A stretch of 56,878 bases of DNA from a virus: IMG/VR virus record IMGVR_UViG_3300045988_061299; one strand, written 5' to 3'. Positions 36,398 to 44,327 of this stretch are shown piece by piece (position 1 is the first letter of the stretch; each line of letters begins with the position of its first letter). The position numbers were made by a program, and so were the translations under genes. Below the pieces are notes generated by a model that saw only the letters and a list, made by a program, of their open reading frames with translations, did not search any database and was not told the DNA's origin.

Positions 36398-36436
36398 GCA
36401 AGACTAGCGTTCCCGGGGTTCGATTCCCCGGCTTGC
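36398..36436 (+). ncRNA. tRNA-like minihelix: 5-bp acceptor-like stem, 9-nt linker and canonical T-arm
   Basis: GCAAG-actagcgtt-CCGGGG-TTCGATT-CCCCGG-CTTGC followed by TTTT. It starts 1 nt after the stop codon. Confidence 0.5.
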
Positions 36437-36482
36437 TTTTACCCTGATGTCAGGGGGAAAATGAAAATATGGAGGTATAACA

Positions 36483-36869
36483 ATGAATAAAAAATGGTAT
36501 ACAAAAGACTTACCATACAAGACCATTCCAGCTTGTGAAAAAGCATACAAGAACGCTATCAAAAACTTTTTTGATTTTGCTGGAGTTGACAGCGAAGAGA
36601 TTAAAAAAATAAAATGTTGTGTATTTATGATTTTCTGCTCGATTGAGCACGACAGCGAAAATGATGTTAAAAAATTATTGAAAAAGCCTAACAGGCTAGA
36701 AGCATTTTATTTGTTCAAAGAAAACAAACAGAATGAAAAAATTTATAATTTCTCAATGATTAAGGGCGTACAATCTGCGCCCTTTTTGGCTTGTTTGGTT
36801 CTGACTGGTTCGATTCCAGCCGCAAGCATTAAGCATATATTTTTATACGCTTTTCTTTGCGTACCTTGA
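36483..36869 (+). CDS. hypothetical protein; the 3' end is doubtful
   Basis: 128-aa ORF. The last 30 or so codons run through a terminator hairpin and a minihelix and look non-protein-like. Confidence 0.35.
   Translation: MNKKWYTKDLPYKTIPACEKAYKNAIKNFFDFAGVDSEEIKKIKCCVFMIFCSIEHDSENDVKKLLKKPNRLEAFYLFKENKQNEKIYNFSMIKGVQSAPFLACLVLTGSIPAASIKHIFLYAFLCVP
36763..36787 (+). terminator. rho-independent terminator-like hairpin inside the annotated ORF
   Basis: GGGCG-(9)-CGCCC-C-TTTTT. Confidence 0.5.
36789..36827 (+). ncRNA. second tRNA-like minihelix
   Basis: GCTTG-tttggttctga-CTGG-TTCGATT-CCAG-ccg-CAAGC. The acceptor-like stem has swapped strands relative to 36398..36436 (GCAAG/CTTGC versus GCTTG/CAAGC). 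Confidence 0.45.
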
Positions 36870-37443
36870 AAAATTAATATAATAATGCTATGCTTATATA
36901 TAAGGCTTTTGCACCCTCTTAGGTGTACAAGTGTACCCAATCGGGGCGGTGTGCGTTCTGGTAGTTCTCCAGAGCTGGCGACAGCTTTCAACAACTCAAC
37001 AGGCATATTATACCCATTTTATACAACGCTGTTAAAAGTGTTTTAAGGCTGTTTTATTTTATAGGCTTATAAGTCTACACTTACGCAATAAAACCACCGC
37101 ACAGGGCAAATCACAAAGCCACGACACCGAAATTGTAAGGCACACTTACAGCCGCACGGAATCAGTCGTATACTTTAGCTTGTTAAAGTTCTAAAGTTTT
37201 TCGTCAATTTTTAAGGGTAAATCTGAACAAAATCGAGGTCGAAATCTGATAAAAGTTTTCAACCGATTTTTGGATTTTAAAATTGAAAGTGGCGGGGGTA
37301 TCAAAATTTTTGCATTATATTTTTGTGGGGAAATTTTTCAATTTTTTAAGTGAGATTTGAACGAAATCCAAAGCAAATTTTGGGAATTGGCAAAATCGAA
37401 ATTATGAATATAAAATGTCATACCTAGGGGACTATCAAAAAAG

Positions 37444-37590
37444 TTACCTTGAAATTTTGTGACAATATTCTTCTGTATGTATTAATGCCTTACTCGAATA
37501 TCGGCATTGACTAAGTTCATATATCAATAATTCCTTTGTCATAGTCGGATTAGTCCTTTGAATTATTTCTAATAACTCATCAATACTCAT
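37444..37590 (-). CDS. hypothetical small protein (48 aa)
   Basis: Hand translation gives MSIDELLEIIQRTNPTMTKELLIYELSQCRYSSKALIHTEEYCHKISR. There is a TAATG overlap with the upstream gene. Confidence 0.35.
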   Translation of the reverse strand: MSIDELLEIIQRTNPTMTKELLIYELSQCRYSSKALIHTEEYCHKISR

Positions 37591-37910
37591 TATCCTACTC
37601 TCCTAACTGCTCCAAGCACCATATTGACAATATCAAATACTTCGTCGCCATATGTTGCTACAAAATCGCACAATATCTCTTCCTGTTCGATAGGTAAATA
37701 CACATCATAGGACATACAGATTGCGTGACATACTTCGTGTATCAGCACTTTGCGTAGCATAAATCCTTGTAGTTTGTCTGACAGATATATTGTATGCGTA
37801 TTTCTGTCAGTTACACCTAAGCTAATTGTATTGTCTGACCGCCTTAATTCGCTTGAATTTGAATTTTTATATTGTATGTGCCAAATTGTACCATTGATTG
37901 TAAAAAACAT
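37590..37910 (-). CDS. small zinc metallopeptidase (HExxH; SprT/ImmA-like)
   Basis: LIHEVCHAI motif. Confidence 0.6.
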   Translation of the reverse strand: MFFTINGTIWHIQYKNSNSSELRRSDNTISLGVTDRNTHTIYLSDKLQGFMLRKVLIHEVCHAICMSYDVYLPIEQEEILCDFVATYGDEVFDIVNMVLGAVRRVG

Positions 37911-37970
37911 CTGTATGCCTCCTTTCTGAATAAAACAGGCTATGAATATTGCTACCCATAGCCCTTAATT

Positions 37971-38990
37971 TTAAATCCGCTTGAGCTTCTTCATTTTTTC
38001 CTCATATTTCCTTTTACTTTCTTTGTTTTTATCAGGATTATTTTTTATCCACCTTTCTCTTGATTTTCTCACTTGTTCCTTATGCTCTTCTCTCCATTTT
38101 CTATCTTTTTCTATCCTTTTAATTTTTCTTTCTTCTAATTCTTCTGGCGTCATATCTTTAACTTTTTTCTGCATGGGTTTAGTTAAAGCTGTCTTTATAT
38201 CCATTCCTCTTTTTATTCTGCACCTCACTGAATTCATACATTTTATATTATATTCTTCACACCATTCTGTAAGAGTTTTTACAACACCATCAATTTCATA
38301 ATAAGAATTATTAGTCTTATTATTACTTTGAATTTTCATAGATACAAAACGACAATTACTAGGTTCGTAATCACCATTAACATCTATGCGGTCGATTGTA
38401 CACTGTCCTCTTTTTGCGGTTTCATCGTAGCCATTTTTGTAAGCCCAATCAGCAAAATTTTTCAACCCGTTTTCGCCAAGCCATTCATCGCACATTTTTA
38501 TCCCTCTTGCTCCGTAAGTAGAGTAAGAAATATCCTTAATGTTATAACATCTATTATAAATATCTCTGTATATAGTGTAGATTTTTTCTTTTGACATCCC
38601 ATGTTTATAGCTCTTTCTATTTTCTCCTGTTGGGTTTTTACTGCAACCACAAGAATGTACAAGAGGATTATTAAATTCAGAAAGTGTCATTTCTTTTATT
38701 TTCCCACATTGGCACTTGACAACGACTTTGCCGCCTCTGTTATATTGTTTTGCACCTATTATTTCTAATTTATCCTTCTTTCTTCCTATTTCTTTTTTAA
38801 GTTCATCTAAATAAGCACACCCACAAGATTTAATTTTTCCACTTTTTCTAAGAAGATTAGCTTTGTATACAGGGATTATATTTCCGCAATCACATCTGCA
38901 CGCCCATCTCTTCATATTATTTTTCTTATCGTAAACTCCTACCACAGTTAATCTGCCAAAGCATTTTCCAATAAAATCTGTATCGCCCAT
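37971..38990 (-). CDS. Cys-rich DNA-binding-like protein with a K/E-rich tail
   Basis: Two W.C.C.CG...SCGC-type motifs, then YSTYGARGIKMCDEWL...TIDRIDVNGDYEPSNCRFV. I recognise the family as phage-associated but cannot name its function. Confidence 0.5.
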   Translation of the reverse strand: MGDTDFIGKCFGRLTVVGVYDKKNNMKRWACRCDCGNIIPVYKANLLRKSGKIKSCGCAYLDELKKEIGRKKDKLEIIGAKQYNRGGKVVVKCQCGKIKEMTLSEFNNPLVHSCGCSKNPTGENRKSYKHGMSKEKIYTIYRDIYNRCYNIKDISYSTYGARGIKMCDEWLGENGLKNFADWAYKNGYDETAKRGQCTIDRIDVNGDYEPSNCRFVSMKIQSNNKTNNSYYEIDGVVKTLTEWCEEYNIKCMNSVRCRIKRGMDIKTALTKPMQKKVKDMTPEELEERKIKRIEKDRKWREEHKEQVRKSRERWIKNNPDKNKESKRKYEEKMKKLKRI

Positions 38991-39104
38991 TATTTTCTCC
39001 TTACATTAATTAATCTTATATAATATTATATCATTTTAAAAAATTGACCACAAGCAAAAAATGATATAAAATTAAATAATATTAAACAAGAAAGGATTTT
39101 TATT

Positions 39105-39245
39105 ATGGCTACAGATACATTAAAAAATAGAATTAGAATATCTACAACTCTTAAACCTGAAACTAATGATTTACTGAAAAAGTACTCTCAATCAACTCAA
39201 ATACCAATAAGCAAGATAATAGAAAATGCAATAATAAAATATATT
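39105..39245 (+). CDS. ribbon-helix-helix (CopG/Arc-like) protein, 46 aa
   Basis: Hand translation gives MATDTLKNRIRISTTLKPETNDLLKKYSQSTQIPISKIIENAIIKY. Confidence 0.55.
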
Positions 39246-39274
39246 AGTGAGGGCAAATGATGCCCTCACTATTT
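39244..39274 (+). terminator. terminator between convergent genes
   Basis: AGTGAGGGCA-aatga-TGCCCTCACT followed by ATTTT. Confidence 0.7.
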
Positions 39275-39285
39275 TGTGACTTAAC

Positions 39286-39936
39286 TTACAGTTTAGAAAC
39301 AAGTGTACTAAGTTTGGTTCGCATAAGATTACGTTCCTCCGCTGTCATATCGCCGATAAGCTGTGTAATATCGCCGCCAAGCTCCTTGATATAGCCGTCA
39401 AGTGCTTTCATCTTATGCTCCTTATCCTCTGGCGTATTAGCTTTGTGCATTTCTTTTGTTTCTGTGTACATTCTCTTTGCCCTGTCATAGCCACTTTCAG
39501 CGGTATGTGTACTTGTAGGCTCTGTATAGTACATTCTGCCATATTCCCTATCCATATCACGCTCTGGGTACATATGCATATAAGGCGGTTCTTCGTATCC
39601 TCTTCTGCCTACATAAGTGCCCTTGCCTTTAGGGGCATATCTGCCGGTAGTCTTGTATCTGTATTCATCATAGTATCTTCTGCCACTCTCTTCGCCATAT
39701 TCATCTTTTAAGGCTCTAAGTAGCTCCTTGTTGTATTCTTCTTCCTCTTCATCAGCTTTCTTCATAGACTTAACGATAACAGCCTTGTACTCTGCTTCAC
39801 ATAAGTCCTTAATCATATCGACAGCTTCTCCCATTTCCTCTGTATTGACATTCTCAACGCCCTTATCAAGCTCGCCTAAGGCTTTCTCTGTAAGACATTC
39901 AATCATTTTGTGGATTCTTTCAATGTGCATACTCAC
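39286..39936 (-). CDS. cargo protein 5: helical, highly charged, with a Tyr/Arg/Gly/Pro-rich centre
   Basis: 216-aa ORF. The centre reads GRRYYDEYRYKTTGRYAPKGKGTYVGRRGYEEPPYMHMYPERD. Confidence 0.55.
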   Translation of the reverse strand: MSMHIERIHKMIECLTEKALGELDKGVENVNTEEMGEAVDMIKDLCEAEYKAVIVKSMKKADEEEEEYNKELLRALKDEYGEESGRRYYDEYRYKTTGRYAPKGKGTYVGRRGYEEPPYMHMYPERDMDREYGRMYYTEPTSTHTAESGYDRAKRMYTETKEMHKANTPEDKEHKMKALDGYIKELGGDITQLIGDMTAEERNLMRTKLSTLVSKL

Positions 39937-39942
39937 ACCCCC

Positions 39943-40362
39943 TTACGCTTCACGGACAGCAATTAAGTTGCTGTTCTGAACCTGTATAGCCTGTGTAGAT
40001 GTATTCTGCACTGCTACTGTACTGCAACAGCCACAAGGTACATCGACGTAGGCTTGTGCTGATACATTAAATAAGTTTTCAACAGCGGCTGGTGTTACAA
40101 TCATTCGTGTTGACTGTAAAGGTTCTCCGTCCACTGCGATAGCAAGTGAAATGGCTTCCACTGTGCCGCCTGTAGGTATCTGAATATTGCCGCTATAGGA
40201 TACCAAAAATCTCGCTCTACACTGATTTGTAATACCTCTTAACTTGATAATTCCGCTTCCTTGTCTGTGTACGATACACTTACTACCGCAAACTGCTGTT
40301 TCTGTAAATGCAACATCTTCTCCGGCAGCAACTGTTTGTAATGCGATTCCTGTAATTTCCAT
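39943..40362 (-). CDS. cargo protein 4: C1q/TNF-like (BclA C-terminal domain / BxpB-like) beta-sandwich protein
   Basis: GAGAGGT precedes the ATG at 40362. The pattern VAFTET...GIIKL...RFLVSYSGNI...ISLAIAVDGEPL...VQNSNL resembles exosporium TNF-fold proteins. Confidence 0.45.
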   Translation of the reverse strand: MEITGIALQTVAAGEDVAFTETAVCGSKCIVHRQGSGIIKLRGITNQCRARFLVSYSGNIQIPTGGTVEAISLAIAVDGEPLQSTRMIVTPAAVENLFNVSAQAYVDVPCGCCSTVAVQNTSTQAIQVQNSNLIAVREA

Positions 40363-40537
40363 TGTCTTTACCTCTCTTTCTAAAAAATAAGGGCAAACCA
40401 TACAAGTCTGCCCCATGCTCCCGACATCAATGTCGGTACCAACGTAATACTGCTTAGCAGACATAATCTTTCGAGTTTTCTTTCGAGTGGAAGTCAAAAG
40501 CACCCAATCCGATTAAGATACTTGATTATTCAGTTGT

Positions 40538-41323
40538 TTAGCAGCCACAACCTGTATTACATCCGCATCCATAAGCATATCCGTAAAGGTTGCTTGCCGG
40601 GAAGGATGGTACTGGCGTAGGTCTTACAGCGTCAATAATCTGATTTGTCTGTGCTGCCATTGTGGTAGTCAGAAGTGCATTCTGTCTATCCTGTGAAGCA
40701 GCTCTGCGTAAATCATTATTCTCTGCCTGTAATGTTGCAATCTTGTCATTAGTCAGGAAATCAAGAATAGCTCTCGTTCCTGCCTGCTGGCTGTCAATAA
40801 TATCTCTTGCATTATTATTCATAGTGTTCTGTAAAGCACAGGTGTTGGTTGCCATATTGTAGTTTACACCCTGAATAGCTTCTCTTGTCTCACAGCAACA
40901 GTTTGCAAGCTGTGACTGTAAAGCGTTTGCATTCTGCATATTAGCGACTGTATCAGCGTTAATAGCCTGCTGGATGCCGTAGCCTGTCTGCATGATATTA
41001 GTGTTAATACCATTAAAGCCTGTGAGCATACTGTTATTCATAGCGTAGAATCCATCACAAAGTCCGTTGGAAATGCCATCTAACTTACTGATAACTGCCG
41101 AATTGTCGAAGCCTCTCTGAATATCAGCCTGTGTAGCCGCTGTTGCAACATAGCCACCGCCATTATTGCCGCCAAAACCGCCAAATCCACCATTACCCCA
41201 TCCAAAGAGTAAAGCAAATACAACGATTATCCAAAGCCAGCCGCCATCAGCCCAGCCGCCATTATTGCTGTTGCCATCAATGTTTGCTACAAGTGGCACG
41301 CTGGCACAATTTGAATTAAACAT
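40538..41323 (-). CDS. cargo protein 3: Gly-rich TM segment, Asn/Gln/Ala-rich region with CCCE, and a C-terminal GCGCNTGCGC tail
   Basis: GGAGGT precedes the ATG at 41323. The N-terminus NNGGWADGGWLWIIVVFALLFGWGNGGFGGFGGNNGGG is YjcZ-like. Confidence 0.55.
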   Translation of the reverse strand: MFNSNCASVPLVANIDGNSNNGGWADGGWLWIIVVFALLFGWGNGGFGGFGGNNGGGYVATAATQADIQRGFDNSAVISKLDGISNGLCDGFYAMNNSMLTGFNGINTNIMQTGYGIQQAINADTVANMQNANALQSQLANCCCETREAIQGVNYNMATNTCALQNTMNNNARDIIDSQQAGTRAILDFLTNDKIATLQAENNDLRRAASQDRQNALLTTTMAAQTNQIIDAVRPTPVPSFPASNLYGYAYGCGCNTGCGC

Positions 41324-41393
41324 ATTAGTTACCTCCATTAATTTATTCATAAAGATGTCACCCAGGTAATTTGCAAAGACATCTAATATGCTA

Positions 41394-41624
41394 TTAATTA
41401 TTAAATCTGCTTTTTATCTGATTAAATACATCATCTGCATTTAATCCTTTTTCTTTACATAAATTTCTAGCCATCTGTTCGATACCTTGCGTATTGCCTT
41501 GCTGTGCCATTTGCATTGTGTTTTTCATCATTGGGTTGCTCATAAGCTGATTGTTTCCCATTATCTGCTGTATAAATTGTTGAGGACCACCTCTCATCAT
41601 TTGAAAAAGGTTAATTGGGTTCAT
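41394..41624 (-). CDS. cargo protein 2: small Met/Gln/Asn-rich protein
   Basis: 76-aa ORF with a 4-nt overlap with the upstream gene. Confidence 0.5.
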   Translation of the reverse strand: MNPINLFQMMRGGPQQFIQQIMGNNQLMSNPMMKNTMQMAQQGNTQGIEQMARNLCKEKGLNADDVFNQIKSRFNN

Positions 41625-42142
41625 TCTTCATCACCGCCCTTGCTTTGAGTTCTCGAAGATTTTCTTTGTGTTCCTAAAGATTTATCAAATCTATCTTCTA
41701 ACTGCCCTATTTTCTCTGATAACTCTTCAAACTTATTTAAGAATAGCTGTGTGCTTTCGTCTGACAGGGTAAATTTAGCGTTTTCTGCATTAGCCATAGA
41801 ATTTACTGTCTGATTATCTTTAGGGGCTGCATAAGGCTTATACACAATTGTCTTAATTGTTCCGTCGGCATTCCAACCCTTAACATATATCTCCGACATA
41901 TCCTGCTTCGGGAAAAATGCCATTGAGCCATCCATAGGGACCTCGTTAGCGTTGATATTTTCAACTGCCTGCACTATTCTTCCATTAATGCCTGCTATCT
42001 GCTGTGGCATAGGTTGTTGGATTTGTGGTTGTATCTGTTCCTGCGACTGAAATCTCTGTATATTTGCCACAGGGTTGTATTGATACGCTCCATATTGTGG
42101 TAAATAATTATTCATTATAGGTGTCTGATAAGGATTGTTCAT
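41621..42142 (-). CDS. cargo protein 1: Gln/Pro/Asn/Tyr-rich N-terminus, beta-rich core, C-terminal coiled coil
   Basis: 173-aa ORF beginning MNNPYQTPIMNNYLPQYGAYQYNP.... Confidence 0.55.
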   Translation of the reverse strand: MNNPYQTPIMNNYLPQYGAYQYNPVANIQRFQSQEQIQPQIQQPMPQQIAGINGRIVQAVENINANEVPMDGSMAFFPKQDMSEIYVKGWNADGTIKTIVYKPYAAPKDNQTVNSMANAENAKFTLSDESTQLFLNKFEELSEKIGQLEDRFDKSLGTQRKSSRTQSKGGDEE

Positions 42143-42260
42143 TGTCCGCCTCCTCTAAAACCTCTTCAATTGCGTGGATAACAAGAGATAATGTTACTAA
42201 GTCAAGTTTCTGCAATTCTTCTTTACCCAAAATCTTTTCTCTAACTTCATCAGAAAACAT
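42108..42260 (-). CDS. possible small acidic ORF (50 aa)
   Basis: MFSDEVREKILGKEELQKLDLVTLSLVIHAIEEVLEEADNEQSLSDTYNE with GAGGT upstream. It overlaps the next gene by 35 nt. Confidence 0.3.
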   Translation of the reverse strand: MFSDEVREKILGKEELQKLDLVTLSLVIHAIEEVLEEADNEQSLSDTYNE

Positions 42261-42295
42261 TCGCATTACCTCTCTTTCTGATTATATTTTGGCAT

Positions 42296-42328
42296 AAAAA
42301 AAGAGAAGAACATTATCAAGTTCTTCTC
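42296..42328 (-). terminator. rho-independent terminator downstream of int and attP
   Basis: Minus sense reads GAGAAGAAC-(8)-GTTCTTCTC followed by TTTTTTT. Confidence 0.75.
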
Positions 42329-42373
42329 ATATTTACATCACGCAATATCTCTTTTATTTAATTGTCTTTATCT

Positions 42374-42648
42374 GTACACCATCAAAATTTCCGTACACCA
42401 TTTTTACACCATTTTGCCATTGAAATACATAGAAATACGTGGATTTTTGTGGCGTAAGTGTTTTACTTTTGCAATTTAGAAAACCGCACTAAACACCGCA
42501 TTTATCGCGGTTTTAATCAAGATTATACGGAGTTATCTGATAAACATAATAAGTTTCTAAAATATTATACATTTTTAACTCTCCAATCCGCATAAACGCT
42601 ACATTTCTTAATTCTGAATGGTGTATATTTACACCACATTTACACCAC
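42374..42648. other. putative attP region with six TACACCA-type arm repeats
   Basis: GTACACCAT at 42374 and 42393. TACACCAT at 42405. An inverted copy at 42618..42625. TACACCAC at 42630 and 42641. An 8-bp inverted repeat AAAACCGC...GCGGTTTT lies between them. Confidence 0.5.
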
Positions 42649-43827
42649 ATATTTCACAAAATCAAGAACCTTATTGTCGTTCTTAACAATTCTTTCAATG
42701 TCATCACTTGCTTTCTGTGGCATAACATGTGTGTATAAATCCATTGTCATTTGTAATGTTGCATGACCTAAATATGATTGAACAACTTTCGGTTGAACAC
42801 CTGCTTCAAAACACCTTGTCGCAAATGTATGTCTCAAGGTATGTCCGCTGAAATCTTCCATTTCTTCATCAAAAGAACGGACAAGATTTATTGTGTCTAT
42901 AACAGATTCAATTGCAGCACTATATAAAACCGAATTAAGTGGCGTGTTAAATTTTGTCGTGAATAAATAATTATTCTGTTCCTTAGGTCGCTTGTTTGCA
43001 ATTACATATTTCTGCCTTATCTGCCTTTCAAGATATTTCCGGCACGAACTGTTTATAGGTACTTTTCTAATACCTTTTTCCGTTTTAGGCTCTTCTAAAT
43101 GAAATTCCTTATGCTCATCATCAAGATATTTCTGGTACACAAGGGTTTTTGATACGTTTATCAATCCATTTTCAAAATCAATATCATTTTCCGTTAAAGC
43201 AAAAAGTTCTCCCGGTCGCAACCCGGTATTAACCGCAACATTAAACAAATTATCATAGAACGTGCCAGCACAGCATTCAAAAAATGTTTCCTGCTCTTCA
43301 GCTGACAATGCTCTAGCAAAAACTTCTTTATCCGCTCTTATTTTAACACCTTTCGCCGGATTCTTAGACATCAGTTCATCTTCCATTGCTCTTGAGAACA
43401 TGTCAGATGAAATAACTTTGATTTTGCTCTGCCTTTCATATCCATAGCCTTTATCTTCGGCAATGTCAATTAAATTTTGAATATCTGACTTAATAAGAGA
43501 GTTTATATTGCGGTTTCCTAAAAAAGGTGATATATTTTTAGTGTATATGTGAGTGTATTCCCTAAGCGTATTAGGGCGTACACTTCTCTTTTTGTATACC
43601 TCTACCCAGCGGTCAAACCAATCATCCAGCTTGATATTATCTCTTATGCTTTTAAATGACTGATTTTCGGCTATTGCAATTGCAAGTTTCTTTCTTAATT
43701 CTGACAATTTATCGTCATAAATACTTTTTCTCTGGCCAAATCTGTCAACATACCTGCCACAATATTTACCATTCTTTCTTTGACTTATTCCATTACCTAA
43801 TTCTTTTCCTTTTAAATCTTTTCCCAT
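42640..43827 (-). CDS. int: tyrosine integrase (Int-Tn-like N-terminal arm-binding domain)
   Basis: GGAAAGGAG precedes the ATG at 43827. Motifs are GKYCGRYVDRFGQRKSIY, GHTLRHTFATRCFEAG and LGHATLQMTMDLYTHV. Confidence 0.85.
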   Translation of the reverse strand: MGKDLKGKELGNGISQRKNGKYCGRYVDRFGQRKSIYDDKLSELRKKLAIAIAENQSFKSIRDNIKLDDWFDRWVEVYKKRSVRPNTLREYTHIYTKNISPFLGNRNINSLIKSDIQNLIDIAEDKGYGYERQSKIKVISSDMFSRAMEDELMSKNPAKGVKIRADKEVFARALSAEEQETFFECCAGTFYDNLFNVAVNTGLRPGELFALTENDIDFENGLINVSKTLVYQKYLDDEHKEFHLEEPKTEKGIRKVPINSSCRKYLERQIRQKYVIANKRPKEQNNYLFTTKFNTPLNSVLYSAAIESVIDTINLVRSFDEEMEDFSGHTLRHTFATRCFEAGVQPKVVQSYLGHATLQMTMDLYTHVMPQKASDDIERIVKNDNKVLDFVKYVV

Positions 43828-43913
43828 AAATTCTTTAGCTCCTTTCCATAAGTAAAGAGCTATTGCGTAACAATTAAATATTACTACACAATAGCCCATA
43901 TTTCAATATATCT

Positions 43914-44312
43914 CTATATTCCGTTACTTTTTTCTATATAACGCTCAAACTCTTTTCGCTTAACAAGCCGCTTGTTTCCAACTCTTAAAACAAAAGGGCA
44001 GTTAATTTCATTAAGCATATTGCTGATTCTATTAATCCCGATATTGCTATATTCAGACGCTTCTTCAACTGTTAATGTGACTTTCTCCCAAATAGGTATG
44101 CTTTTAACCATGTCATCAGCCCTTTCTATCTTGATTTTCATGTCCTTAATTCTTCTTGAAATCGTTGCTTTAGATAACATAAGTCTTTGACTAACCTGTT
44201 CTAAACTCATATTACCCACAAGCAACTTGAAAATTCTTAGTTCCTCTTCTGTGAAATTGGCATTTTCAATTATTTCATCAAGTTCCGGCTTAGTCAGTTC
44301 TGAAAACTTCAT
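43914..44312 (-). CDS. sigma-r4-like HTH fused to an excisionase-type (MerR-like) HTH
   Basis: LSLEQVSQRLMLSKATISRRI plus LTVEEASEYSNIGINRISNML..FVLRVGNKRLVKRKEFERYI. Confidence 0.6.
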   Translation of the reverse strand: MKFSELTKPELDEIIENANFTEEELRIFKLLVGNMSLEQVSQRLMLSKATISRRIKDMKIKIERADDMVKSIPIWEKVTLTVEEASEYSNIGINRISNMLNEINCPFVLRVGNKRLVKRKEFERYIEKSNGI

Positions 44313-44327
44313 AAGCCATACTCCTTA

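Noticed and set aside
36398-36436. A tRNA 3' fragment acting as the phage attP core.
   Set aside because: It lies 6 kb from int and carries its own complementary 5' strand. A second copy has compensatory strand-swapped pairing. The repeat field next to int (42374-42648) is a better attP.
36743-37006. An 87-aa minus-strand ORF.
   Set aside because: It is antisense to the terminator and minihelix region, has no RBS and looks like a chance ORF.
40391-40399. A c-di-GMP-I (GEMM-I)-like GGGCAAACC motif in the leader of the C1q-like gene.
   Set aside because: The motif is on the plus strand, antisense to the genes. The rest of the GEMM consensus (GACGCAAAGCC, tetraloop/receptor) is absent.
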